Shown here in pieces: positions 32,343 through 42,100 of a DNA stretch of 64,000 nt (its first letter is position 1; every line of letters starts with the position of its first letter). The notes under the pieces were generated by a model, which saw nothing but the letters and a program-made list of their open reading frames with translations, was not told where the DNA came from and ran no database searches. Both the position numbers and the translations under genes were made by a program. Source of the stretch: an uncultured Thiotrichales bacterium (GTDB lineage: Bacteria; Pseudomonadota; Gammaproteobacteria; UWMA-0217); the NCBI GenBank assembly GCA_964430355.1, contig CAYSFW010000047.1:5090-69089 (forward strand), written 5' to 3'.

Positions 32343-33472
32343 GCAGGGGATGGTGCCGACAGGCGTATCTCATCGATTTCACGCTCGCTTCGCTCTCGCG
32401 GCGACCCGGCAAGAACGCCGGGTTGGTCGTGGTCTACACGCTGATCGTGTTCCTGCTGGCGTCGGTGATGCTGTTTTCCCACGCGCTTCGGCGCGAGGCG
32501 GCACTGCTGCTGGCGGACTCGCCGCAGTTGATCGTGCAGCGCGTCGTGGCCGGCCGGCATGATTTCATCCCGGCGGAGTACCTGGAGCGCATCGGCGAAC
32601 TGCGCGGGGTTGCGTCGCGCCGGGGGCGACTGTGGGGCTATTTCTACGACCCGGCGGTGCGCGCCAACTACACGCTGATGGCAACCGAGGCGCACGGCCT
32701 CGTCCCGTCCGAGATCCTCATCGGCGCGACGATCGCTCGCACACGGGGGCTTGCCGCGGGGGATTTCCTCACGCTGCGCGACGCTGAGGGTCAACCCTTC
32801 GCGCTGCGCGTGCGCGGGGTGCTCGATGCGGACACTGAATTGCTCTCGGCTGATCTGGTCCTGCTCACGGAAGCGGACTGGCGGCGTTTTTTCGGCGTCG
32901 CGCAGGGTGTGTTCACGGATCTCGTGCTCGAGGTGCGCAACGCGGCGGAGGTGCGCAAGGTCGCGGAGAAAGTCACGCTGCTGCTGCCGGACACGCGGCC
33001 GATACTGCGCGAGGAGGTGCTGCGCACCTACGATGCGATCTTCGGCTGGCGGCAGGGCGTGGTGTTCGTGCTGCTGTTGGGGGCGGTGCTGGCCTTCGTG
33101 ATCTTCGCCTGGGACAAGGCCTCTGGCCTGTCCGCCGAGGAGCGGCGCGAAATCGGCATCCTCAAGGCGATCGGCTGGGAGACCTCGGACGTCATCCACA
33201 TGAAGTTCTGGGAGGGGGCGATCATCTCGCTCACGGCCTTCGCTCTCGGGTACCTCGGCGCGTACGTGCACGTGTTCTATGGTTCGGCGGCGCTGTTCGA
33301 GCCGGTACTCAAGGGTTGGGCGGTGCTCTACCCGGCGTTCCGACCGCTGCCCGAGATCGACGGCCTGCAGGTGGCAACGCTGTTCTTCTTCACTGTGTTT
33401 CCGTACACGGTGGCCACGATCGTGCCGATCTGGCAGGTGGCGGTCACCGATCCCGATGCCGTCATGCGATGA
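32339..33472 (+). CDS. ABC transporter permease, FtsX/MacB-type (4 TM with roughly 200-aa periplasmic domain)
   Basis: TM1, a long soluble domain, then three C-terminal TM helices with the FtsX signature region. It is translationally coupled to the ATPase. Confidence 0.75.
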   Translation: MSRGWCRQAYLIDFTLASLSRRPGKNAGLVVVYTLIVFLLASVMLFSHALRREAALLLADSPQLIVQRVVAGRHDFIPAEYLERIGELRGVASRRGRLWGYFYDPAVRANYTLMATEAHGLVPSEILIGATIARTRGLAAGDFLTLRDAEGQPFALRVRGVLDADTELLSADLVLLTEADWRRFFGVAQGVFTDLVLEVRNAAEVRKVAEKVTLLLPDTRPILREEVLRTYDAIFGWRQGVVFVLLLGAVLAFVIFAWDKASGLSAEERREIGILKAIGWETSDVIHMKFWEGAIISLTAFALGYLGAYVHVFYGSAALFEPVLKGWAVLYPAFRPLPEIDGLQVATLFFFTVFPYTVATIVPIWQVAVTDPDAVMR

Positions 33473-34143
33473 TCGAGCTCTCCGCCGTCAACAAGGTGTT
33501 CAACCAGGGGCGGCCCAATGAGTTTCGGGCCATCCGGGACGTGTCGCTGCGGCTCGACGGGGAGCGCGTGGTCGTGTTCAAGGGCCCGAGCGGCTCGGGC
33601 AAGACCACGCTGCTGTCGTTGATCGGCTGTCTGGCGCGACCGACTTCGGGACGCATCACGCTAGACGGCGAGCCCCTGTCCGGGCTGCCCGAGCGGTTCA
33701 TGACCGAGGTGCGCCGGCGCACCTTTGGCTTTGTGTTCCAGCAGTTCAACCTGATCCGGGGCCTGTCGGTGCTGGAGAACGTCATGCTGCCAGCCTATCC
33801 GCTGGGGCGTGATCATGGGGCGCTGAAGGCCGCGGCGCACGAGCGGCTGCGTCAGTTCGACCTCGACCACAAAGCCGCGGCGCGCGTCGAATGGCTATCC
33901 GGCGGTGAGGCGCAGCGTGTGGCGATCTGCCGCGCGCTGATCAACGAGCCGCGCATCCTGATCGCCGATGAGCCCACCGCCAACCTCGACAGCCGCTTGT
34001 CGCAGGCGTTCATGGATCACGTCGCCACGCTCGCCGCAGGCGGTGTCACCGTGCTGCTCAGCAGCCATGACCCCTTGGTGTTCGAATCCCCCGTGGTCGA
34101 GCGGGTCGTCGAGATGCGCGACGGGCAGGTGGTGTCCGCATGA
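33469..34143 (+). CDS. ABC transporter ATP-binding protein (LolD/MacB NBD-like)
   Basis: Walker A GPSGSGKTTLL, signature LSGGEAQRVAI and Walker B ILIADEPT. Confidence 0.9.
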   Translation: MIELSAVNKVFNQGRPNEFRAIRDVSLRLDGERVVVFKGPSGSGKTTLLSLIGCLARPTSGRITLDGEPLSGLPERFMTEVRRRTFGFVFQQFNLIRGLSVLENVMLPAYPLGRDHGALKAAAHERLRQFDLDHKAAARVEWLSGGEAQRVAICRALINEPRILIADEPTANLDSRLSQAFMDHVATLAAGGVTVLLSSHDPLVFESPVVERVVEMRDGQVVSA

Positions 34144-35144
34144 TCAGTCCGTCGGTGATGGCGCTGCAAGGCGCTTCGTTCACGCTGGCGGCATTGATGG
34201 TCGGCGCCGCGGCATTCGGTGTGCGCATCCTGCGGCATTGGGACATCACGAGTGGCAGCGAGCGGCAACTGCGGCTCGAACGTCAGACCTACCTGATCTC
34301 GACCGTCGTGGCCTACAGCTTCATGGCGGAGATCCTCGCGCTGCTCCTGTTCGTCTACACGGCCGAGCAGCTCTCGAGCCAGTTCGTCGGCGCGATGTGC
34401 GCCACCGGGGTCCTGAACGTCAATGGCTTCGGCTGGCCGACCTTGTGGGCAAAGATGGCCGTGGGATTCGCCGGTTTCGCGTGGCTCACCCTCGATGCGC
34501 TGGACCAGCGCGCGCCGGACTACCCACTCGTGAGGCGGAAGTACGCGCTGCTGATTGCGATCGCCCCGCTGGTCGTGCTGGAGGCCGGGTCGCAGGCAGC
34601 GTTCTTCGCCGGACTCAAGCCCGATGTCATCACCTCCTGCTGTGGCGCGTTGTTCACCCCGGAGGGACGAGGCGTGGCCGCGGAAGTCGCTGCAGTACCG
34701 CCCCGTTACGCAGCGATCCTATTCTATGCGAGCGGTGCCGCGCTCGCCGCGACGGGGGGTTACTTTCTGTGGCGGGCGAGGGGCGCGCGGCTGTTTGCGC
34801 TGGTGGGGGTGTCGACGTTCCTGATCGCGGTCGTGGCCATCGTCTCGTTCATCGCGCTGTACGTCTATGAGCACCCGCACCATCACTGCCCGTTCTGCTT
34901 GCTCAAGGCTGGCCACGGGTACGTGGGCTACGCGCTCTACCTGCCGCTGTTTACGGCCACGGCGTTTGCGCTAGGCACGGGGCTGGTCGCACCCTGGCGA
35001 CGCATCCCGACACTCGCCGAGGCGGCCCCGCGGCTGGCGCGGCACTACGCGTGGCTGGCATTAGCTGCCTTTACCGTGTTCTTCGCGGTGGCCACACTCG
35101 CCGTGCTGCGGTCGAACCTGACGATGGAGGGCGTTTGGTGGTAA
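34140..35144 (+). CDS. polytopic inner-membrane protein with conserved Cys/His motifs (AMCATG, TSCCG, HPHHHCPFCLLKAGHGY); family unknown
   Basis: About 8 predicted TM helices. Coupled by ATGA to the ATPase upstream and by TAATG to the thioredoxin gene downstream. Confidence 0.5.
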   Translation: MISPSVMALQGASFTLAALMVGAAAFGVRILRHWDITSGSERQLRLERQTYLISTVVAYSFMAEILALLLFVYTAEQLSSQFVGAMCATGVLNVNGFGWPTLWAKMAVGFAGFAWLTLDALDQRAPDYPLVRRKYALLIAIAPLVVLEAGSQAAFFAGLKPDVITSCCGALFTPEGRGVAAEVAAVPPRYAAILFYASGAALAATGGYFLWRARGARLFALVGVSTFLIAVVAIVSFIALYVYEHPHHHCPFCLLKAGHGYVGYALYLPLFTATAFALGTGLVAPWRRIPTLAEAAPRLARHYAWLALAAFTVFFAVATLAVLRSNLTMEGVWW

Positions 35145-35764
35145 TGCGGAGTCCACTGCGCGGCAAGGCGCGGGCAATGAAGGCATCACAGGGCGGTGAC
35201 TGCGCCGGTCGGTTTCGGGTGCCTGTGTTTCAAATTCTCGCGCACCAGGCGCTTGGCAGTCGATCGCCGTTGCGTGCTTGGAAGCTGACCTCAGCGCTGC
35301 TCCTCGTGGCGCTTGTCACCGCGTGCTCGGGCAAGCCCCCGGCGCTGGCCCCGGGCGAGCCGGTGCCCGGCTTCGCGTTGATGTCGCTCTCCGGCGAAAC
35401 CCTGCGTTTGCCGGAGGATGTGTCAGGCCGGGTGGTCGCCGTGCGCTTCTGGGCCGACTGGTGTCCGTTCTGCAAGTCGGAGATGCAGGCACTGGAGCCG
35501 GTTTACCAGCGCCTGAAGGAGGAGGGGCTCGTGATCCTGGCCATCAACGTCCGCCAGGACCGTGAGACCGCCGCGGCGTTCATCGCGAGGCTCGGTACGA
35601 GCTACCCGGTGTTGCTGGATACGGAGGGCGAAGTTGCGCGCCAGTATGGCGTCCTCGGCTTGCCGACGACCTTCATCGTGGACCAGCAGGGACGGCTGTC
35701 GTCGCGCATCATCGGCGAGTCCACGCCCGAGGTGTTCGAGCGCGCGGTGCGCGGGGCGCTGTGA
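35144..35764 (+). CDS. TlpA/ResA-family thiol-disulfide oxidoreductase lipoprotein (WCPFC)
   Basis: Thioredoxin fold with WADWCPFCKSEM. In frame, a TTG at 35270 would give the ideal lipoprotein signal MRAWKLTSALLLVALVTAC, so the true start may be 35270. Confidence 0.8.
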   Translation: MRSPLRGKARAMKASQGGDCAGRFRVPVFQILAHQALGSRSPLRAWKLTSALLLVALVTACSGKPPALAPGEPVPGFALMSLSGETLRLPEDVSGRVVAVRFWADWCPFCKSEMQALEPVYQRLKEEGLVILAINVRQDRETAAAFIARLGTSYPVLLDTEGEVARQYGVLGLPTTFIVDQQGRLSSRIIGESTPEVFERAVRGAL

Positions 35765-36441
35765 GCGACGAGTTCGGCTACGCGCTCGCGTTTCTCACTG
35801 GCCTGGCCGGGGCGCTGCACTGCCTGGGGATGTGCAGCGGGCTCGCGGCCGGGTTCGGCGCGCTCTGCGGTGTGCGGCCGTCCCTCGCGGTGCCGGCGCT
35901 CTATCACGCCGTGCGCCTCGGGGTCTACACGGTACTCGGCGCGGTCGGTGCGGCGCTCGGCAGCGCCCTGGTGCAGACCGGCCTGTTCGGCAAAGGGCAG
36001 GGGGTGTTGATGATCCTGGCCGGCATCGCCGTGATCTCGATTGGCGTTCATTTGGGGCTTGGGGGAGGGGCCGCGCAACCTGCCTGCAACGTGTCGGTCA
36101 AGCCCTTGCGCCGTCATGTCGGAGTTCCCCGTCACCGACTCGTCGCCTCCGCCCTCGGCGGCCTGATCAACGGCCTGGTGCCGTGCAGCCTGGTGTTTTC
36201 CGTCGCGCTCAAGGCCACGGCGACGGCAGATCCTGCGCGGGGTGCGCTGCTGATGGTGATCTTCGGGCTCGGCACGCTGCCGGCCATGTTTGCCGTCTCG
36301 GCGCTCGCCTCGCTGCTCGGCACACGGCTGCGGGGATGCTGGCCGCGCCGTCTGCTCGGGCTCACGGTCGTGATTCTCGGTGTGTGGACGCTGTACGAGG
36401 GCTGGGTGTTTTTTGACGTGATGCGCGGGCTGGCGGGCTAA
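35761..36441 (+). CDS. DsbD_2-type (CcdA-like) transmembrane thiol-disulfide transfer protein
   Basis: HCLGMC in TM1 and GLVPC in a later TM. Six TM helices. GTGA overlap with the thioredoxin stop. Confidence 0.6.
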   Translation: MSDEFGYALAFLTGLAGALHCLGMCSGLAAGFGALCGVRPSLAVPALYHAVRLGVYTVLGAVGAALGSALVQTGLFGKGQGVLMILAGIAVISIGVHLGLGGGAAQPACNVSVKPLRRHVGVPRHRLVASALGGLINGLVPCSLVFSVALKATATADPARGALLMVIFGLGTLPAMFAVSALASLLGTRLRGCWPRRLLGLTVVILGVWTLYEGWVFFDVMRGLAG

Positions 36442-36553
36442 TGGGGTGCGGCAATCTGTCGCATGTTTGTCTCGGGTCGCTGGGCGTATCCTAGTTCAAA
36501 GTCGCCTTGCGGCTTTCATAATCCAAGTTAAATCAAAGCCATGGAGACACCAC

Positions 36554-37180
36554 ATGAGCGATGTCGACACCCGCCGCCGTAAAGTCGTCAAGGTCCTCGC
36601 ATCCCTTGGCGCGGTCAGCGCAGTTGGTTTGCGGCCGGTTGCTGCCGCGCCGACAGCAGCGCGTTGCGACACCGACGGTACGCCGCTGCAGTTCGTCCCC
36701 AAGACGACTGCCGATGCCTCACCGCTCGAAAACGAGCTGCAAAAGTACCCGAAGTGCCCTTACTGCGGCATGGACCGCAAGCAGTGGAACCATAGCCGCC
36801 ACCTCGTGCAGTATGAGGACGATCTGGTCGACGGCACTTGCTCGATCCACTGTCTGGCGTTGAGCCTGGCGCTGAACATCGACCGCGGTCCGAAAGCGAT
36901 CTACGCAGCCGATTTCGGCTCGAGCGACGAGGTCAAGCCGCTGGTGCCGGTGGATGCCGCGACCTACCTGATCGGCTCGAAGCTCAAGGGTACGATGACG
37001 GCCGTGAGCAAGATGGCGTTCTCCTCTGCTGACGCAGCGAAAAAGTCGCAGGCCGAACACGGCGGTGAACTGGGCGACTTCGACAAGGCCCTGCGTGCCG
37101 CCTACACCAGCATGGCCGACGACACGTTGCGTATCCGCAAGATGCGTGCCGAGCGGCGCGCCAAAGCGATGCAGCAGTGA
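36554..37180 (+). CDS. NosL-family copper chaperone paralog with Tat-type signal
   Basis: TRRRKVVKVLASLGAVSAV twin-arginine signal. A CPYCGM metal motif, and the ATYLIGSKLKGTMTAV ... GGELGDFD segment aligns with the NosL core. GGAGA Shine-Dalgarno 6 nt upstream. Confidence 0.65.
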   Translation: MSDVDTRRRKVVKVLASLGAVSAVGLRPVAAAPTAARCDTDGTPLQFVPKTTADASPLENELQKYPKCPYCGMDRKQWNHSRHLVQYEDDLVDGTCSIHCLALSLALNIDRGPKAIYAADFGSSDEVKPLVPVDAATYLIGSKLKGTMTAVSKMAFSSADAAKKSQAEHGGELGDFDKALRAAYTSMADDTLRIRKMRAERRAKAMQQ

Positions 37181-37698
37181 TCGGCGCGGGTGTCTGGACG
37201 CGACGCCTGGGGCTTGCAGCGGTGTGGCTCTGTCTGGTTGCCGCGCCGTTGCGCTCTCACGCTGAGTCGCTGCAACTGCCCGCACCGGGGCCAAAGGACA
37301 CCTGCCCGGTGTGCGGCATGTTCGTATCCAAGTACCCGCAGTGGATCGCGACCGTGCTGTATCGAGACGGGCATGCGCACCACTTCGACGGGGCCAAGGA
37401 CCTGTTCAAGTATCTGCAGGACCTCGCAAAATGGGCCCCGGGCCGCCGCCGTGAGGACATTCAGGCGATCGGGGTCACCGAGTACTACGGCTTGAGTCGC
37501 ATCCGCGCCCAAGACGCCTGGTTTGTCATCGGTTCCGACGTGCTGGGGCCGATGGGGCACGAACTCGTGCCGCTCGCGTCCCAGGCCGAGGCCGAGGAGT
37601 TCGTGCGCGACCATCAAGGCAAGCGCATCCTGCGCTTCGACGCCGTGACCCCCGAACTCATCAAGCGTCTGGACGAAGGACGTTTCGACGGCATCTAG
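37177..37698 (+). CDS. nosL: NosL-family copper chaperone (Sec signal)
   Basis: CPVCGM motif, with AWFVIGSDVLGPMGHELV and RILRFDAV matching NosL. GTG start overlapping the upstream stop. Confidence 0.7.
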   Translation: MIGAGVWTRRLGLAAVWLCLVAAPLRSHAESLQLPAPGPKDTCPVCGMFVSKYPQWIATVLYRDGHAHHFDGAKDLFKYLQDLAKWAPGRRREDIQAIGVTEYYGLSRIRAQDAWFVIGSDVLGPMGHELVPLASQAEAEEFVRDHQGKRILRFDAVTPELIKRLDEGRFDGI

Positions 37699-37949
37699 CC
37701 GCGCCTGGCGCATCGCTCGGCGCCGGGTTTGCCCATGGGTTGAGCATCATCGTTGCCGGTCGGCTGGAGCTGCCCTACCATTCTGGGCCGCGCAGAGGTC
37801 GCAGCGCGGGTATCGCTGCGGTCTGCGGTTTCTCCAAGTAGGACCACTGCCGTGGTAGGTACACTATTCCAATACCGTTCGATCCTCGACCACGGGCGTC
37901 GCCGTGACGATGCCGGTCGTTGATTCAACCCATAGCCCAGGAGCCCTCG

Positions 37950-38336
37950 ATGTATACATTCGAAGTCACGCTCAGCATGCCGTTTGACGACGCCGTCGCC
38001 CGCGTCACGGCGGCACTCATGGAACACAAGATGGGTGTTGTGAGCGACATACCGGTGTCGGACATCGTGAAGAACAAACTCGGTACCGCGATCCGCCCCT
38101 ACCGCATCCTCGGCGCCTGTCAGCCTGCGCTCGCCCTGAGGGTGATCGAATCGGACCCCAACGGCGGCACGCTCCTGCCTTGTAACGTCGCGCTGCAGGA
38201 GGTGGCCGATGATCAGGTCGTCGTGCGTTTCATGGACCCCATCTCCGTGCTGCGTCTCTCCGACGCCGCAGAGGTCGCCGACGTCGGCCGTGAGGCCGCT
38301 GCCCTGTTGCGGCGGGTTGCCGACAGCCTCGCCTGA
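37950..38336 (+). CDS. DUF302 domain protein
   Basis: The YRILGACQP motif and a length of about 128 aa are typical of DUF302. Confidence 0.75.
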   Translation: MYTFEVTLSMPFDDAVARVTAALMEHKMGVVSDIPVSDIVKNKLGTAIRPYRILGACQPALALRVIESDPNGGTLLPCNVALQEVADDQVVVRFMDPISVLRLSDAAEVADVGREAAALLRRVADSLA

Positions 38337-38445
38337 CGGTTCGGGCCTGACGGCGCTTTTCTGAGGCGAGGGGTACGCCGCCCGCCGCAAGTGATGCGAG
38401 CGCCGGATCGGGTGAGGCAGCCGGGGCCGCTCACTCAAGGAAACA

Positions 38446-38550
38446 CCGATTGAATCCCCTCGCCCTCAGGGAGAGGGGCAGGGGTGAGGGAGACGTTACG
38501 GCGATTCAGCAGGTGACCCTCTCCCCCGCAAGCGGGGGAGAGGGAATGAA
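38446..38550. repeat. pair of REP-like GC-rich hairpin elements (for example CCCTCTCCCCC-gcaagc-GGGGGAGAGGG at 38517-38544) between convergent genes
   Basis: Two related units of about 50 bp, each beginning CGATTSA and each holding a strong palindrome. Confidence 0.5.
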
Positions 38551-38627
38551 GATATCAGTGTCTCCTTAGGCAATCGACGGCGTAGGCGGGCCCTAGTGAC
38601 GCGGCGCTCAATCGAGCCGCGTTGGCT

Positions 38628-39116
38628 TCAGGCCGACTGGGATGCCTCGCTGGCGATCGCGCCGTGCAGCCGGCGCTCTAGCTCACCGTGGTCCAGGATG
38701 AAGCATTTGACGCCCGCCGCGAGCACGTACTGGGCGATCAGGTCGCAAGACTTATACGGCGCCTGAGGTCGGATGTCTGACTCACCTAGGCGCACGGGGT
38801 GCGGTATGCCCTGAATCTCTATCGCGAAGCTGTCCAGGCCGCGCAGGTTGAGCAGGCCGTTGAGCACGGCAACGCGCCGGGTGCGTACCTGGGTCTGCTC
38901 TGGCAGCAGATCACAGAAACGCTCCAGTGACACCAGTGGTACCTCGCGATCGCGCCACACCAGCAGCCCCCGAATCCAGTCCGGTACGCTTTGCAGGGGG
39001 CGCACTTCCGGCATCGACACGACCTCGACCAAAGCGCTCTGCGGCACCAGTAGATTTTGCAGCCGCATCGGAACGATCAGCGATTGAATCTTTACTTTAG
39101 CGTGCTGCGTTTCCAT
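38628..39116 (-). CDS. chpC: CheW-like coupling protein (ChpC-like)
   Basis: Single CheW domain. Its start overlaps the chpA stop by 20 bp. Confidence 0.8.
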   Translation of the reverse strand: METQHAKVKIQSLIVPMRLQNLLVPQSALVEVVSMPEVRPLQSVPDWIRGLLVWRDREVPLVSLERFCDLLPEQTQVRTRRVAVLNGLLNLRGLDSFAIEIQGIPHPVRLGESDIRPQAPYKSCDLIAQYVLAAGVKCFILDHGELERRLHGAIASEASQSA

Positions 39117-42100
39117 GTGCCTGCTGTCCGACTTCCTTGAAAACGGCCTGGATGTTTTCGATCAACACCTGATCCTGGTACGGCTTGCCGAGGAACCGAT
39201 TCACACCGAGCTCGAGCGCCCGATCACGGTGCTTTTTGCCCGTGCGCGAGGTAATCATGATGATCGGCAACTCACGGTTGGTGTCCATGCTGCGAATGTG
39301 CGCAGCAAGCTCGTAGCCGTCCATGCGCGGCATCTCGATATCGAGCAGCATCATATCGGGCCGCACTTCCTGCAACTGCGCGATGGCGTCCATGCCGTCC
39401 TTTGCGGTGATCACGTTGAAATTGTGCCGCTCGAGCATGCGTGCCGTGACCTTGCGGATGGTGATCGAGTCGTCGACCACCATGATCGTTGGGCGTTCTG
39501 TCCCAACCGAGGATTCCTTGCGCACCGGTGCCGGCGCCCAGGACGCCTCGCCAGCGACTGAACGCAGCAGGCCCAGCATGTCGAGGATGAGCACAACGCG
39601 CCCATCGCCGAGGATGGTCGCGCCGGAGATCCCCTTGACCGACTGGAACAGGGCGCCGATTGACTTCACGACAATCTCGCGGTTGCCGATCAATTGATCG
39701 ACGACGAATCCCACCGCCCTGTCGTGAGTGCGTGCGAGCAGCACGGGCATGGTGCGTTCGAAGTGAGGCACCGGGTGATGCGCGTCGCGCTCCAGCACCG
39801 CTGAAAGCAGCTTGAGCTGGTAGCTGGCGCCTGCATACTCGATGCCGGGATCGCGGTGCGCGAATTTGTCATTCAGGACCTTGGCCGGGATCTGCACCAC
39901 GCTGTCGATGGCGGTCAGGGGTACCGCGAAGAGCTCGGTGCCGACTGTGATCAGCAGGGCCTGGTTGATCGCGAGCGTGAACGGCAAGTGGATCCGGAAG
40001 CGGGTGCCCTGACCGGGTGTCGACTGGATATCGAGCACACCGTTAAGGCGCCGCACCTGCTCCTGAACCACGTCCATACCGACGCCGCGACCCGAGAGCT
40101 GGCTCACGCGTTCCGCTGTGCTAAAGCCAGGTTGGAGGATCAGTTCCATGACCTCGGCGTCGGTCAACTCACGCGAACCGTCGATCAGGCAGACCGCCAT
40201 CGCCTTGCGCCGGACGGCATCGAGGTTGATTCCAGCACCGTCATCCGAGACCGCGATGACGACCTCCGGGCCTTCGCGCGCAATCCTCACCTGGATGCGG
40301 CCGATGCGTGGCTTGCCCGCCTGCGTCCGGTGTTCCGGCAGCTCGATGCCGTGCGCGACCGCATTGCGCAGCATGTGCTCGAGCGGCACCATGATGCCCT
40401 CCAGCATCTTGCGGTCGAGCGGCTGCTGTTCGCCGCTGACGTGGAGCTCCACCTCCTTGCCCAGCTCCAAGGCAGCGCGTCGGACCACCCGCCGCAGCCG
40501 CGGGACCATGACCCTGAACTCCGACATGCGGGTCTGCAGGAGGCTCTCCTGAAGATCTCCGCTGACGCGGCTCTGCTGGCGAAGCAGGGATTCGAGCGCG
40601 CGAATCTGTTCCGAGAGGATCTGGTGGAGATTGACCAGGTCGTTGGAACTCTCCGCCAGACCGCGGGCGAGCTGTTGCATGGTCGAATAGCGGTCCAGCT
40701 CCAGCGGATCGAACTTGTCGTAGACCGAGCTTTCGTCCGGGTCGATCTTTGCATCGTAGCGATGCACGATCTGTGCTTCGGTCTCCACCTCGAGACGGCG
40801 CAACTGGGCCCCAAGCCGCTTGATGGTCTGGTCGAGTTCCTGCAGGTTGAACGCGAAACCGCCGACCTGCTGCTCCAGCCGCGACTGAAATACGTTCACT
40901 TCGCCGACGTTGTCGACCATCTTGTCGAGCAAGTCGGCGCGAATCTTGACGACATCCCGGGCCGCTGCGACCTCCGCAGCGACCGCTTCGCCCGGCGCGG
41001 TATCCGCTTCGTGCTCGGTTTCGGGGGATGGGGTTGTGGCCGGTTCGGTCGGTGCAGCAACCGTCATCGTCCTTACCGGATCGGCTGCTGCCACAGGGCT
41101 TTCCACCTGCGCCATGATGCCGGCGAGCGTCTTTGCGGAGATATTTTCGCCCCGTCGCACGCGGGCCAACTGTTCCATGAGCGGCTGGTTGTTGGCCACG
41201 GGCTTGTGGGCCTGGATGAGCGCGGCCATCTGGTTGATCTGGTCGAGACCGGTGTGGATCAGGTCGAACAGCTCGCGGTCAGGATTGAGTTGGCCCTCCA
41301 CGACGTCGAGGAGGACATTCTCCAGTGCGTGGCTGAGGTCCCCAAGCACCTGAATCCCCGCCATCCGGGCGCCGCCTTTGAGGGTGTGCAACTCACGGCG
41401 CAGTTCGGCCAGCGGCCCAGCATCACTCGGGTTCGACTGCCAGCGCGCCATGATGTTGTCGCAGCTGTCGAGGATCTCACGGCATTCCTCGAGGAACACC
41501 TCGACAAGCTCGGCCGATTGCTCACCCGCGCCGTCCTCCTGCCAGGTCTTGGCGGGCTCGCTCGACCCGCCTCGCGGCGTGAGCCCGGAGGACATAGCTT
41601 CGTCCGCGGCGGGTGACGCCTGCGGTGCATCGTTTGACCCAGGGGCGTCGATGGTGGCCGCCAGCGCGTCGTTTGCGACCTCGGGTGATTGAGCTGAGTC
41701 CTGTGCCTCCAGTTCGACCGCCGCCACGGGCACGTCCAGGCTGGGGCTCTGTGCGAGAGCCTCGGCGGCTTCGTGGGCACGCCACTGCAAGGTGGGGTCC
41801 TGGGGAACCGGTGTTGACGCCTGAAGCGCGGCGATCACGTGCTCCACGTAACCCGCAAAGTCCAGCAGCAACGTCACCTCGTCTGCGTCCAGCACCAGCG
41901 CGTGCCGGTATTTCAGCGTCAACAGGCGCTCGAGATCCTTCGCGGTCTCGTAGATCTCCGGCAACGCGGCGGTTCGGGCCGCGCCGTTGAGCGTGTGCGC
42001 AGCACGCAGCAGCGGTTCATCGACGAGCGCTGGCCCCATCTCGCAGCGGGCACACGCCTTGCGGATTTGCGAGATGTGCTCGAGCGCCTCAGCGGCAAAG

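Noticed and set aside
37699-37949. Possible regulatory element or small gene between NosL and the DUF302 gene
   Set aside because: Only weak hairpins (GGCGC-n8-GCGCC followed by GGGTTTG). There is no convincing ORF or conserved motif, so it is left unannotated.
39856-41616. 586-aa ORF on the + strand, with several other 100-250-aa ORFs between 39.1 and 45.1 kb
   Set aside because: All lie antisense to or inside chpA. They are produced by the long GC-rich, low-complexity linker regions.
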